Under the pieces are notes generated by a model, which saw only the letters and a list, made by a program, of their open reading frames with translations, made no database searches and had not been told where the DNA came from. Positions 63,334-64,000 of a stretch of 64,000 nucleotides of DNA are shown here, piece by piece. A program made the translations under genes and the position numbers. The stretch comes from Nitrospirota bacterium (GTDB lineage: Bacteria > Nitrospirota > UBA9217). Numbering within the stretch: position 1 is the stretch's first letter; the number at the start of each line of letters is the position of its first letter. Location of the stretch: assembly GCA_035623825.1 (NCBI GenBank), contig DASPSR010000005.1, positions 18,313 through 82,312 on the forward strand, written 5' to 3'.

Positions 63334-64000
63334 CTATTGCATCAACGATTTAAACAAATTTTCGTATTGCCTGACACAGCCATTCAGTGAGTAATGGCTT
63401 TCAACTAAACATCTGGATTCATTTCCCATTTTATTTCTGAGTGATTCATCCCTAAGTAAAGTCAGAAGTGCACGCTTCATTTCGTCTATATCATTAACAT
63501 TCACCAATATCCCGTTCCGATTTTGAATAATTACTTCTTTTATCCCGTTTACATCAGTTCCAACTAGAGGAAGCCCTGCAGCCATGGCTTCAATTAAACT
63601 TATCGGCAATCCTTCGCTAAAAGACGTCAAACAGAAGATATCCATAATGCTTAGAAGATCCGGCACATCCGATCTGTATCCCAAAATCGTCACTTTGTCA
63701 TCCAGTCCGTTTTTTTCGATAAAGCTTCGTATTTCCGTTTCCGAATTTTCAGGATCATTTTTAAATCCTTGACCGATCAATAATAACCGCACATTTTCAT
63801 ACTCTTTAATAAGTCCATTAAATGCCTTCAGCAAATACATGTGATTTTTTATTTTCTTAAAGTTGGCAACAATCCCAATGACTTTTTCGCCTTCTCTCAG
63901 GCCAAGGCTCGCGAGCATCTTTGCTTTGTCGTGTGAACGCGAAAAACGGCTGATATCGACACCGTTTTCTATTACCAATGTCTTCGCCTCGTTTGTTTTG
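63334..64000 (-). CDS. GT4-family glycosyltransferase, 3' part (runs off window end)
   Basis: IENGVD, KNH, SEGLPISLIEAMAAGLP (E-x7-E) motif; AT-rich codons. Confidence 0.9.
   Translation of the reverse strand, partial: KTNEAKTLVIENGVDISRFSRSHDKAKMLASLGLREGEKVIGIVANFKKIKNHMYLLKAFNGLIKEYENVRLLLIGQGFKNDPENSETEIRSFIEKNGLDDKVTILGYRSDVPDLLSIMDIFCLTSFSEGLPISLIEAMAAGLPLVGTDVNGIKEVIIQNRNGILVNVNDIDEMKRALLTLLRDESLRNKMGNESRCLVESHYSLNGCVRQYENLFKSLMQ

Overview
Replication-origin region of a bacterial chromosome with anaerobe-type gene content (Nitrospirota/Desulfobacterota-like is an impression only). The left end has gyrA(partial)-gyrB-dnaN-dnaA with no recF. The origin unwinding module (tandem DnaA boxes, GC spacer, DnaA-trios, AT cluster at ~7757-7815) sits about 2.3 kb from dnaA, behind tusA/dsrE2/hisI/hit. 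rpmH-rnpA-yidD-yidC follow, while mnmE-mnmG-rsmG-clp1-parA-parB lie ~35 kb away on the opposite strand, with two perfect parS sites flanking a Clp1-like kinase gene. The main discovery candidate is a ~21 kb locus (14.7-36.1 kb). It contains a Methanosarcinales-type coenzyme M biosynthesis pair (cysteate synthase plus fused ComDE) translationally coupled to an HdrD-like/DsrM-like membrane disulfide reductase. It also has a sigma54-driven corrinoid methyl-transfer operon (two Zn-thiol MtaA-family enzymes, an MtrH/MtgA-like enzyme, corrinoid protein, RACo activator, QueG-like protein), MetF, a CobW metallochaperone, an NtrC/histidine kinase pair and a signal-less sulfonate-binding-like protein. 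No mcr is present in the window. The right end has pgi, prpE, mfd, three SurA/PpiC-type foldases, rlmI, tRNA-Val(CAC) and the start of an AT-rich glycosyltransferase region. All family calls come from motif recognition without database searches.
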